From Octopus bimaculoides (lineage: Eukaryota), in NCBI RefSeq assembly GCF_001194135.2, contig NC_068983.1, positions 116,692,247-116,756,246 of the forward strand: a stretch of 64,000 bases of DNA, in the 5' to 3' direction. Numbering within the stretch: the first letter of the stretch is position 1; each line of letters begins with the position of its first letter. The notes beneath the pieces were generated by a model. The model saw nothing but the letters and a program-made list of their open reading frames with translations, did not search any database and had not been told where the DNA came from. Below are positions 1 to 12,179 of the stretch, one piece after another. The translations under genes and the position numbers were made by a program.

Positions 1-3000
1 TAATTGAATGTCTAAGTTACCTTTTGACACAATGCAGTTTTTATATTGCTCACCATACACATAAACAGGAATACATACACGTACATACTCATAGAAACGT
101 ACACGATGGACACTAGCCTAGCCAAACGTTAGTAGAGTAAGCCCAATTTCGAATTTCATGAGGTTTTCTTTTGTAATGAAAACTAAGACAAACATATGGC
201 ATTCATCTATTTTATAATCTAGACGCAAAATAACCACAAAACGAAGCAAAACACAAAATTTACGAAGAAACTACATCAGTCTGTTTCCTCTAGGCTTCAG
301 TCTTCGCTTATTAGCTTATAAACCACCTCAGCAACCAACTACTTTGCAATGTAAATTAAAACTAACTCAAACAATATATTATCATCACTTATTGTTAAGA
401 TTTTATGTTCTAGCGTCGGCTAAAGTACAGTTCTCTAACAACGCTAGTTTCTAATAAAGTTGTAAAAGACCTTGCAAAATATGGAGACTAGAACGAATGA
501 AAATATGCTCTTGGTGAACTATGTGATTACAAAGTCAACTTATTAACACAAAGGCATGCAAAAGAGTTGTTGATAATTGCAATTTTGTTGTTTAGTCTTA
601 AGCTCATTGATCGAATTGACCAATGATCGAAAATATTTCTAGCGTGAGCAATGCATGAATTTTTACTAATATAGAGTAACTAAGACTATAATTACAGAAT
701 ACGATGCGCCTTTCCCATTCAAATTGTAAGATGTAATTTGGGAAAGATGTAGCTATTTCTAGAAAGTTAGCGACTACTTACAACTTCCATCATTAGTTCG
801 GTATTAGTGTTGGTACTGCTTATGATGATGCATTGCAACACACACAAATGGTGCACACTAACTCATACTAGTAGTTTGTGGTTACTATGATACAATTTTG
901 TCTAAAACAGTTCTCACTACTACAGATACTGATGTAACATATATGCTTATACATATATCAGATGGGTTACCTACTCACATAGCATTACTGTTTTCTTGAT
1001 TTATTCTCTATAGATCAAATGTCGACAAATATTTACTTCTTGACAATCTAATACCGTATTTGCTATTATGTTTGCTTCTGAAACTATTAACATTTTATTC
1101 CTAGTTACTGTTTAATGATGCAATCATAATGACTAAAGCATACATTTCATTTAGAAGTTACTCCAAATATCAGAAATTAAATATTAACTTCATGATTTTA
1201 CTCATTCAGCAGAAACAAAACATGTCTGCAGAATAATTTATTAATTGGATACCAAACGCTGTGTTCATAATTTATCAAACAATAGAATTTACTAACTCAA
1301 TATATTTAACAAAGGAAAATATGTCAATTTTCTTTTCCTTTTAAAAATACTGAACAAGCAGAATATCTGGTATTTTCGGTTTTTTATTTTCTTTTGTCAA
1401 CTCTTTCAGAATTTGTTTGACATATTGGTATTTTCTTCTTTGGCACTCTGCCTTCAATGTACAAAAACTTAATGTGTACAGTCAATATAATCAATTTCAG
1501 TATATTACAGATACATATTTCACCGACTGAATTAAGAAAGTGAAATTAACATTGAGTTTTATTAAAAGAGTTTGATATGCATGAACGTCACGACTTCAGT
1601 TTTCATTCTCGTTTAAGACTCTAAACTCAAAGAATGATTTTAGACTTTATAATGAAAACTGGAATTGTTTAGCGTTTTTATGTATTTTCCCTTCATTTGT
1701 GAATTGTTACTAATTGTGAATAGATTCAGAATGTGCCAGTAAAGTTCTTTCAATCAACAGATCTGTTAGCAGCAGTAAGAATAATACATACTTTTCAGCA
1801 ACTTGGTAGATTCAGTACGGTGAAGATAAAAGAGGAAAATAAAATAAAATATATTAGCGCTATGTTATCACCAGCTCTTAAACCTATTTCTAATCCTCAC
1901 AATTGTTGCATCACCTAACACTCTTCTCGGTTAAGATTATTTCTATACAACTTTTCAATCATAACACTTAAGTATGTTTTTTTTTCATGTGGCAATATCT
2001 TTTGTTTTTCATTCCCATTATTACCGGCAGGCATCCTAGTTTAGTCCAAACATGAATTAGATATAAGCAATTCTGGTCGAACAATTGATAATATAAAGAG
2101 TTTAAAGAAAGCAGTGAGCAATTGGAATTACATTGCTTTTGTAAAGTTGTTGCATTGTTTCTCGTAAAGTTATCAGCCAATACAACATATACATATGAAT
2201 GACTGATGTGTACTGATGGGAAGTGGAAGCAGGGTATGAATGGGATAATATTCCTTTCAGTTATTATTTTGTTCGTTTATTTTCCTTCATTTTTTTCCTA
2301 CTGCCCCATCGTAAAAGCATATGAAAATGAGTATTTGTTGGATTGTTTTCAGGCATAGTCTGTGCATATGTAATGAAGTTGTTTTTCAGCTTCAGTAATT
2401 ATACATAATCGAAAAGATACTTTTTATGAGCCAAATTATTCAGCTACTATTAATTTTTCACCGAGATTATTTGAATTTCTTTGTAAATATTTGGTAGCCA
2501 CCCACCTCATTTTTTTGTCTCTTTAATCATGTTAGTAATCTGCCTTAGTTCTGCAGTTTTATGCTGCCTGCTGTGATACATAAGGATACAGTTCAGTACT
2601 CTGAAATACTTGGAGCGGTCAATGTTTGTATATCGGGAAAATACCTTTAAAAGTATATAAATTATAAGGTGAGTAGTCTACATAATTTTTTATCATTTAA
2701 ATATTATTACTGTGAGAATTGTATTATTGTTTTTATTTAAGCAATCTAAATCTGTATAAATGTTACTATATATATATATATANNNNNNNNNNATATATAT
2801 ACACATATATATATGTTTTCTTTTAAATCTACCGGTATTAAACACCCATATACACTTCATGTATTGGACTTCTACAGTCCAAAATGCTGTCCTGATTATA
2901 TTTTCAATTTCTATCTTTTATATAATTTCAAAATTTTCGCATTCTGTGTGTACTAATTAAAGAGAATATTTAGTTATATTTCAAGGTAGGCACCAACTTT

Positions 3001-3310
3001 TTCCAAAGATTTGCAACTTTCATTTTTATCTAGACATATACAACGAGTATGCATCATAATCTTTATAAATTTGTAAAGGTCGTTATTGTTTTAAAAATCA
3101 ACTTTGTGTAATTCTGATAGCAATGTAAACCGTTTTGATAGTTAAACAGACTGCGGATAACCAGTATGATGTCTTTCTTTATTTTTAGAGTCTTTATATT
3201 AATTAACTTTTCTGTTATTATTCAGAGATTGTCATGCAAACCTGGAAGGAGAATTAACTCTGATTCTTTAAGGTTTCAGTAATAATTATCGTTATAATAA
3301 TAATGTTATG

Positions 3311-3376
<66 letters not shown>
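3311..3376. repeat. (AAT)n microsatellite
   Basis: Direct reading; explains the poly-Ile ORF. Confidence 0.98.
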
Positions 3377-3380
<4 letters not shown>

Positions 3381-4074
3381 TAATAAAAATAGTAATAATA
3401 ATAATGATGATTCTTGAATTTATTTGTCCACTGAAGGCAGTACAGTCACTTTCATTCATGCACACAAAACATAACGTTAAAACTATAATCCTTACAAAAA
3501 TATGAGATAGGATAAATGTATTATATAAGAAAACGAGGAATAGTGAATAACATTATTCAATAGATGTAGGGAGAAATTTTTATCGTTTGCCCAAAAACAA
3601 ATAAATTTATATAATATTTAAAACGTTATTGGAAAATAAAAACAATTAAGGAAGGAAAAAGATAAACTTGAAAAACACTCGGCTTTATAAGGGAATACTG
3701 GAGGTAAATTGAAGTTCAGCACGCCACCACTTCAAATAATTTTATATTGTTATCTCACCTCTGTCATTTAAAATGAATCTGTTATTCCGAAAGATTTTAC
3801 GAGCAGTTTCTGGGCTAAATTGGGGAAGAACGCGCACACGCCGCGGTTAAAGTTTAAGCAGAAGTATTTTGTAATGAATAAAGCCTAATCTTACGATTAA
3901 CCAACTCTCGTAGGTTTTACATAGTGGCTGGTTTTCCCTTCCTTGCATATGGTCTGTTTTATAATCCTGAGGTATGTCATTCCGATACTCTAGTAGCACC
4001 TCAAAAACCATGACATCATTCAGAGTAAAGGAACTACTACCATTCATTTCGGTTGCTTACTGCTTTTTCTTTGT

Positions 4075-5034
4075 TTTTACTATCTCTCCAGCTGGTTATT
4101 CTTGGAGTTGGCCCTCAGACTTTATCTTAAGACAATGGAGTGGTACTGTTGGTTTTTGTGTTTTATATAACAAAGTTATAACCTGTCCAATCGTTAGTCT
4201 CTTGCATCAGGAAAAACGTGACCCCCCTTGCAATCTGTGGATCTATGATCGGTGGGAAAGTGTTGTTAAGAAGTGGGGGATTTGTCACCGTTTTATTCTG
4301 AAGGGTGGAACTGAAGGGTGGAACAGATTTACTGGTCATCTTCGGTGTTGTAACTGGCAGCACAACTCGCCTTACGGTTTAGGCAGCAAATATATTTGAC
4401 AGTGATTGTCATATTCCACGTGTCTAAGTGTAAAGGTGCCAATGTATAGATAGCTACGGAATGTACCAGCGTAACCCGCTCTCTGCCCCGTCCTCGGTTA
4501 AAAAATCCTAGGCACATCATCTCGTAGTTGCTTTCCAGATCTACAGACAAAATATTTTCGTACATATTCGTTAGAGCTACTTCTAATCCTTCTATTAAGT
4601 GCATGAAAATATGCGCTCCGTTTTCGGCATTATCAAAATTGGTAACATTATTTATTTCTCTTTCTTGAATGAAAAAAAATCCTGTAAAACTTTTTTATTA
4701 CAAAGTTTTGCTAAGTATTTCTCGGAGGGTTTCATTCATAATCAAGGTTTGTCTGATGATCACTGTTTTACTATCTCTCCAGCTGGTTATTCTTGGAGTT
4801 GGCCCTCAATCTTTATCTTAAGACAATGGAGTGGTACTGTTGGTTTTTGTGTTTGATATAACAAAGTGATAACCTGTCCAATCGTTAGTCTCTTGAATCA
4901 GGCAAAACGTGAACCCTCTGTAATCTCTGGATCTATGATCGATGGGAAAGTGTTGTTAAGAAGTGGGGGATTTGTTACCGTTTTATTCTGAAGGGTGGAA
5001 CAGATTTACTTGCCATCTTCAGTGTTGTAACTGG
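4075..5034. repeat. Direct repeat of about 270 bp (4075-4357 and 4766-5034)
   Basis: Colinear, with scattered substitutions. Copy 1 has an extra 13-bp internal duplication (ctgaagggtggaa twice). Confidence 0.9.
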
Positions 5035-5639
5035 TTCACTTGTTCACTGTTTTGTTTACTTAGCAACTAAAACGTTTGCGTGTGTGTATTATGTTCCTCT
5101 TCATACTAAAATACTGAAGTAATCAGTATTTGTATCAAATGATGTTGATGATATTTTTGCTTTTCTTTCTTTTATGCCTTGTGCAAACACAAAGCTTTGA
5201 ACAGTTCTGGGAGCAAAATTAAAAGAAACTTTATTGAGTTAATTGCAAATGAGTTAAAAAATATCCATATGTAAAAAATCAAAGGAAGCTATTTATATTG
5301 TGTAATTAATAATGAAACTGTGAGAAAAAAGGCCTTGAGCGTCAAGGAGCAACAGTGACGACAATTACTACACGCTCTTTGTTTTAACCAGCGACGCCAA
5401 TTAAATACAAATTCTATGTATACATGTAAAATATGAAACGTTAAGAACAAGAGATTTACAAAGAAATGTAGGATGAGGCGAACAAGTTATACTAAAAACA
5501 GAGGAGTGGTGAAAGACTGCTTGCAAATGATGCGAAGATAAGTGATAATATACTTAAAAGACACAAAAACTTGAAAAGAATAATTTTAGAAAAATATGGA
5601 AAATCACGCAGTTATTGAAACATCATATATGTCCAAATG

Positions 5640-6050
5640 CATTCGTCAGGATCTCGCACAACTCTGATTGTATTCAATCTTTTCTATTCCTCCACTCCTG
5701 AGTCATAGGTTATCCCTAAATGTTCTGCAAGGAATTTATGGAGAAGAATGCAAAGCAGAGCCCTTGTGCATGGCTAGATGTCAAAAACTGTGCGATGGTC
5801 TCTCTGTAATTCCTTTCAAATAAGTCTATCAACAGTTTGCGTCACCCCACGAGACCTTCAAGTTAGTCATGCCTCTTACGTAGATAACCGTAGCGTATTG
5901 TTATGTGAGGGTTCTCTTGTGACTTCCTGATGCTTCAATATCAGCGGCTTGTGAAATTCTGCCCCCTTGCGGGTAACATGTGAGCCTCACTTTCTGTATC
6001 TTGGCATATTAATTTGTATTGTGCTCCCTGCTAGTAAGCTATTCTAGTAT
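5640..6050 (-). mobile_element. Possible degenerate RLE-type LINE C-terminal fragment
   Basis: Weak resemblance only (RETIAQF..., ILLHKFLAEHLGI), with many stops. Confidence 0.3.
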
Positions 6051-6151
6051 CCATGGTAATATCTAACACGAACACAAGGCTAAAAATTTGTGTCTTTGAG
6101 GGTTAAGGCGATTAAATCGACCACGGTTCCTAAATACAGAGTATAAAGATC

Positions 6152-7368
6152 TAACAGGCTGAGTAAAATGTAAGCAACGTTTTGAAACATGAAATTCATG
6201 ATAATATATTTCAACAATACGGAAATTTATTCATCAACGTAAGTACCATTACAATCAACACATTAAATCTGGAGGTCTGGAGCTGATGAACCCTTTGAGG
6301 GCACTTTCAGCATCGGTTTGGTTTTTGAACTCCTTCTCTCACAGGAAATCATCAAGGTGCTTCAGAAATGGTAGTCGGTAGGAGAATGGTCTAAGGAATA
6401 AACTGGGTGGGGAAGAACTTCGTGGCCAAGTTCCTTCAACTTCTGGAGTGTCATTAGTAAAACGTGTGGTCGAGCATTGTCATGAATATCATGAAGAATG
6501 ATTGGCCCTCTTCTGTTGACCAGTCTGGGACGGAGGAGTAGCAACTGCTACTCCTCATTCATTTTGGCAATTTCATGGCAATATGTTTCTGTAATAACGG
6601 TTGCTTTTTCTGGGTTTTAAGAAGTTATAGTGGAGGAGTCCAGTAGTACACCACCGAACAGTCACCATAGCGTTCCTTTTCAAGAGCTCGGGTTTAGGGA
6701 AAGTTTTCGGTGCTTCATTTTGGTCCAACCACTGCGGAGAACGTTTTTTTATCATTGTTCAGAATCCACTTTTCATCGCAAGTTACAATGCGGTCGAGAA
6801 ATNNNNNNNNNNNNNNNNNNNNNNNNNNNNNNNNNNNNNNNNNTTCACATCTGCGCATTTTCTGATTTTCGTTCAAGTGGTACCCATTTGTCGTGCTTTT
6901 TGATTTTCCAATCGCATGCAAATGATTGCCGGCAGTTATCTGACTAACTTGAAGTTCTTTTATCAGTTCGTGAGTGGTTTTACGTGGATCTTTCTCAATG
7001 ACGATCTTTAATTTCATCGATGACAGATGGGCATCTACTACGCTCACGGCTCAGGTCTCCGTTGCGAAATAGTTTAAATTATTTTTGAGCTGGCCATTCC
7101 CTCACCAAACGTGTCGTTGATATCGCAAGCAGTTTCAGTTGCTTTACGTCCTTTTTTGAAGTTGAATAGCAAAATTGCTTGAATATTGTGGTTTGACAGT
7201 TCCATTTCAGATGATTGAAATAACAGTGGAAAAAATATCAATCTTAATTTATTGATGCATTTGGGCAAGTTTATGTCTGTATTATGTTTTTAAAAAATTC
7301 AAAACTATGCAAAAGTCAGGCACAAATTCATGATTCAAAACGTTGCTTACTTTTAACTCAAACTGATA
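6152..7368 (-). mobile_element. Degenerate near-full-length mariner (DD34D-type) DNA transposon
   Basis: Imperfect TIRs (taacaggctgagtaaaatgtaagcaacgttttgaa at left; ttcaaaacgttgcttacttttaactcaaactgata at right) with TA ends. Frameshifted transposase pieces: ILLFNFKKGRKATETACDINDTFGEG, FLDRIVTCDEKWI, HDNARPHV, HPVYSLDHSPTDYHF. Confidence 0.92.
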
Positions 7369-8441
7369 ATACAAATACAGTACGGCCTTTTGTTTGATGT
7401 TCTGATAATTTTGCTACTTCTTTGGCCATTACAAGAACAATGCAATGACAGCAATGGTTTTTCAGTATATGGACAAGATCAACAATTTTCAGGGGAGATG
7501 ATTAATTGATATCATCGGTTCTATTACTCGGCCGTCTCTTTGTTTTATGGACACCGAAAGGAGAAAAAGCGAAGTGGACACCGGTATAATTTGAACTCAG
7601 AACGTACATGTGGAACAAATATCGTAATGCATTTTCATTCAACACACTAATGGAGACACTAAGTATTGGCATACATCTCTCTAATAATTATGATAACAAC
7701 GATAATGATGATAATGATGATGATGATGATGACAGTTTCAAATATGGTGCAAAGCCAGCACTTTGAGAGGATGAGGCAAGTCGATTACATCGAACCTAGT
7801 CCTACCATATACAAGTATTATGAAAATAATACTTGTATATGGTGTGTTGATAAAAATGGAGAAGAGAAGATGTTAACATATATAAGAGAATCTTAATTCA
7901 TGCAGACGATCGTTTCGTACAGCGATATGGAAATCAGGCAAATTCATGGCTGAATAAAATTAATTAAATTAATTAGATTAAATTAAATTAATCATATATC
8001 AATGTACTCTTCAGTGCAAGAAATATAAACAAAACTTTTACAAAGGAAAAAGCAGAATAGGATCTAGGAGATTCATATTTATCCTTATGAGGAAGAAAGA
8101 TATGTGTGAGTCCAGGCTATAACGGTTATTTGAAAATATAACTGAGAGATGTTTTAGAGACGTTTATAGATGAGTAAGGAGATTAGAAATTCTAACTCCA
8201 AATAAGTCGTGTAGGGAAAAGATTGTATAGAAATGTCCAATGGAAAGACATGGCTATATTTGAATTAAAAAATGACTTGACAGTTAGAAACAATACTTAG
8301 TGTGGTGTATATTTTCCATAAATTTACCACACACCATATGCATATTATATATATGTATGCATGTATGAATGTATATACGTACTCACGTACATGTGTATGT
8401 ATGTATGCGTAAATTATATTTGCAGAGTATGTATTAAAGCA

Positions 8442-8481
<40 letters not shown>

Positions 8482-9919
8482 TGCTTTTACACTGCTAATT
8501 CTAGTAATTATAAATGAGCCGCGTAATAAAATGCCTTAACTACTTGCCTTTTTTTTATTCAATATGTTGCTTGTTAAAATCAGGATTTCGAATCCTGCCG
8601 AGGACGATTTTAACTTTTCATCGTTTCAAGGTTTGATAAAATATAGTACTGGCCAAGCAATGGGTTTGATATAATCGACTTTCCCTTGCAACATAAAAAT
8701 TCACCATGTGCGTTTATATATAAAAAAAGTCGTTATTATATTGGTAAAGTAAAAACAGCGAGCTAGCAGAAAAAATTGCACGCCAGACAAAATACTTTGA
8801 GGCATTTCGTCTAGCTTTACGTTCTGAGATCAAATTCCTCCCAGGTCGATGAAATAAGTACCAGTTGAGTACTGGGATAGATGTAATCGACTAACCTCTC
8901 CTTATAAATTTCAGGCCTTTAGCCAACAGTAGAAGTGGTTATTTTTGTTACTCTAAGTCGAAACTATAACGCTTGTCTTTTGTCGTTGCTGATTTAATGA
9001 GATCATTCTAGTTTCTTGGTGCAAACCCCAGCGTATTTCACCTCATAATCCCTTGGTTGAAAAAACAAGTACCCGGTAAGTACTAGAGCTTGTAAAATTG
9101 ACAATATCCTGCTAATACCTTATGATTATACTAACAATTGATATAATTGTTGTCGTTGTTGTTTAAGGAAAGCCATCCGTTACTGAGTATACCGATTATA
9201 AAAGACGTTCAGTGTTGTTTTTTTTATATCTAAAGCTAAATTGTCCAACAGTTCATTCCTTTTTGAGAATGTAGGCTTGTGTATAAAGGCATTTTGGTTG
9301 TAGTTTGCAAAATTTAGAGCGACCTCTTCGACGTTCCCTTCTTTTTGTGGTTAATGTTTGTTTGCAATACTTAAGCAGTTCACCTATTGGCTTGTTATAA
9401 TATTTGTTTTCTATAACGACATTTTATTTTGTTATGTTATTGTTATATGACTTAAACGGTATGGAGCTTCATTGTTCAATTTCTTCCTCTTAAAATGGTG
9501 AAAAAATTATTGTTTTGCAATTTATTTTCTTCTTGTTTTAAATTGTGTTTTGTATTACGAACATGTGGCGGATATAAAGTAGAAGCATCTAATGTTTCAG
9601 AAAAATTTGCCAAAATAACATTAATAATTTCAGCAACAGTTTTTATACAATCAATGTTAATCTGAAAAATGAAAACGTTAACTTAAACGTGTGAAAACAA
9701 TAACAGTAACGGAAGTTGAGGTAATACTGGCAACAAAAGCCGATAAAATAATACTAGCAATGAAAATTTCTCGACAACAGAAAAATGCTATTCTTAGGAA
9801 CTGTAGGTTTCTGTGTACTAATGTAATGATGATAGTTGAAAAAATGAAAGAAACACAGGCATATACTTTGCAGGGAGAAGAGAATTTAATACCCAAAAGA
9901 AATTTTGTGAGAGTGACAG

Positions 9920-9963
9920 ATGAACTATAAAATTGAAATGAATATTGAGAAACTATTTAAAAG
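9920..9963 (+). CDS. TMTC4: Candidate first coding exon of the TMTC4-like gene (MNYKIEMNIEKLFK-R)
   Basis: ATG at 9920 follows in-frame stops (TGA 9908, 9914). Strong donor AAAG|GTGAGC at 9963/9964. The phase-2 end (AG) joins the single leading G of exon 20055 to give Arg in frame. There is no homology support for the peptide itself. Confidence 0.4.
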
Positions 9964-12179
9964 GTGAGCCTAAGGTTATGTTTTATTTCATTCTGAGTAA
10001 CACTAGAAGACATTTCCATTGATGCACGTGTATTGCAATGTCAGAAAACGTAATGGCTTGTTTTGTCGATGTTTTTACAAAGTATTTCAGGGAGCCCAAT
10101 AATAGGTATATACTATTTTATGACATTACAGTCGTGAATACTCTACCATAAAAGGCTAATGAATGAGAATAGTTAGACAAATGAGGAGAAGATAGCGTGT
10201 GTTTCATCTGTATATTAAAAAGTTACTTTAAGAAAACGGAAAAAAGCTACTATCCGACGAACCTACAATGCGAACAGTACAGAAAATGCAAAATTTCGAC
10301 ACACAAAATTTTGAGACATGAGCATCAACAAAAGGAAAACAATTACGAAAACTCATCCTGCAAGGGATTCCACCCAGCAACAAGCTTGTGGCTGATGGGA
10401 GCTGAACTTTGGCTAAGCTCTCATACAGTAGTGGTAATGAGTGAAAATGAGGCCCTTTATAATTCAAACAATGTATAGTGAAAGAGAGTCAGCATATCCG
10501 AAACTCCCTCTCCAGAACAACGTCAATCAGACCCACCAGCCCTACATTAATTCAATATTAATTCAAAACCAAATTCCGCTCACAGGAAGTAAATCATTTA
10601 AAAGAGAATGCATAGGAGTTAGTCTAAAACAGATTATTGTTTCTCGCGGCAAATCAACAAACATTAATTACAAAGTAGCATGTGATTCTTTTATCTAAGC
10701 TTTCATAATTGTTTCATAGAATAATATGAAGCTAATTAATGAACTGGTAAAGGAAGAAAAGCGTTTGTGTAAGTAGTGGACAAAAGCCGATGATATTTCT
10801 TCAAAGAGATAAATATCGGTTTCTGATAAAGATCCAGTAAGATAAAAAAAGAATCTCTTTCTTAAGGATATGGGAAATTTCTTTGAGAAATAAACCGCAA
10901 TTGCTCACAAAATTTTAGAGCTAAAGAAAAATAAGAATTGGGTTATGAACCCGTTATATTTTCTGGTTAACACTATCGCATTTTTTGTTTGGTGGGGTTT
11001 GTGGTATTTTGTTACAATTAAGTTTAGCTGGTGTGTAATTAAATTATACTCAATTTAAGTGTAAGAAGCTTTAACGAGACTAGGATTCCCTTTTCAATGG
11101 CAGGGTTTTACGATGGATTACTCGGCCGTTAAGGACTGGCTGCTTTGAAAATGATGGCAAGTTGCTACTAGTGGATATGTGTAGCATGCCTTAGCCAGAA
11201 GCCTGGGACAGAACAGAGGGTATAATGGTTAAATTTAGGCTCATAAGTCTACTAAATTCGGAGTTAAACATCAATGTTTTGACTAAAACGTTATGTAGGG
11301 AACTGAGACTAAAGCAGAATTAAGCTAAAGGTCTGCAATATTCTCATCAGCGTTCACCATCCATCGTACTTAAGAAGGGAGACGGTGAGAATGAAGATCT
11401 CAGGAATGTCACCTGAGGCAAATGTATAGTGGATTGTAGCGTGCACCGTCTTGGAAGGAATAACAGCCTCCTGGAGGTAGATCGAACCCGGCGAGAAATT
11501 GGTCTTGCATCAGTGCGGAGCTGCTACACCACATCAAACCAGACATGTTTCACAAGATCCTAGCATCATTCGCCTTTCGGGAGAGGAACAGCTGCATGTT
11601 ACAGTCGAGCGTAGAAAGCCTCGGTACCACCTCTGTGAGGTGACTGACTACTTGAGATCTTTCTGTCTTCAACAGTCTGTGATTGGAACACCATCTTCGA
11701 CGCTCGCCTGGTTACAGAGAGGCTAGCTGATAGGAGAGGGCACTGTAAAAGCCTAAAAATCTGCTTAGTTCTTTCCAAATAGGTGAGAGTTACCGAGTGG
11801 ATTTCCCGAATGCGCCAATGTGGACATGAGCAAACAGAATTGGCCAAAATTTGAAATCCTTGTCATTATTATTAAGGTGGCAAGCTGACAGAATCGTTAC
11901 CACGCCGTACAAAAGCTTAGCAGGCATTTCGTTTGTCCTGCCTTTCTGTGTTCATATTCTGTCAAGGACGATTTTACCGTTTAAGGTAGAGTGACGGATG
12001 AATCGTTAGCACGCCGGACAAAATGCTTAGTGAGTTTGCAAAACGGTTACTCGCCGGAAAATGTGCTTAGTGGAATTTCTTCCAACTTTACGTTCTCTGT
12101 TCAACTGCCGCGAGGGTCGACTTTGCCTTTCATCCTTTCGGGGTTGATGACATAAGTAGAAGGGAAGTATGGAATCTAC

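Noticed and set aside
2507-2644. 45-codon minus-strand frame VFSRYTNIDRSKYFRVLNCILMYH...
   Set aside because: No recognisable homology and no linked exons; the flanking AAAG|GT is ambiguous. Within chance expectation.
9193-9410. Possible divergent (head-to-head) gene exon on the minus strand
   Set aside because: The frame hits TGA after about 50 codons once the T-runs are counted, and there is no homology.
11080-11850. GC-richer block as a host exon or LINE ORF
   Set aside because: Stops in all frames and no motif I could identify; probably an old TE remnant.
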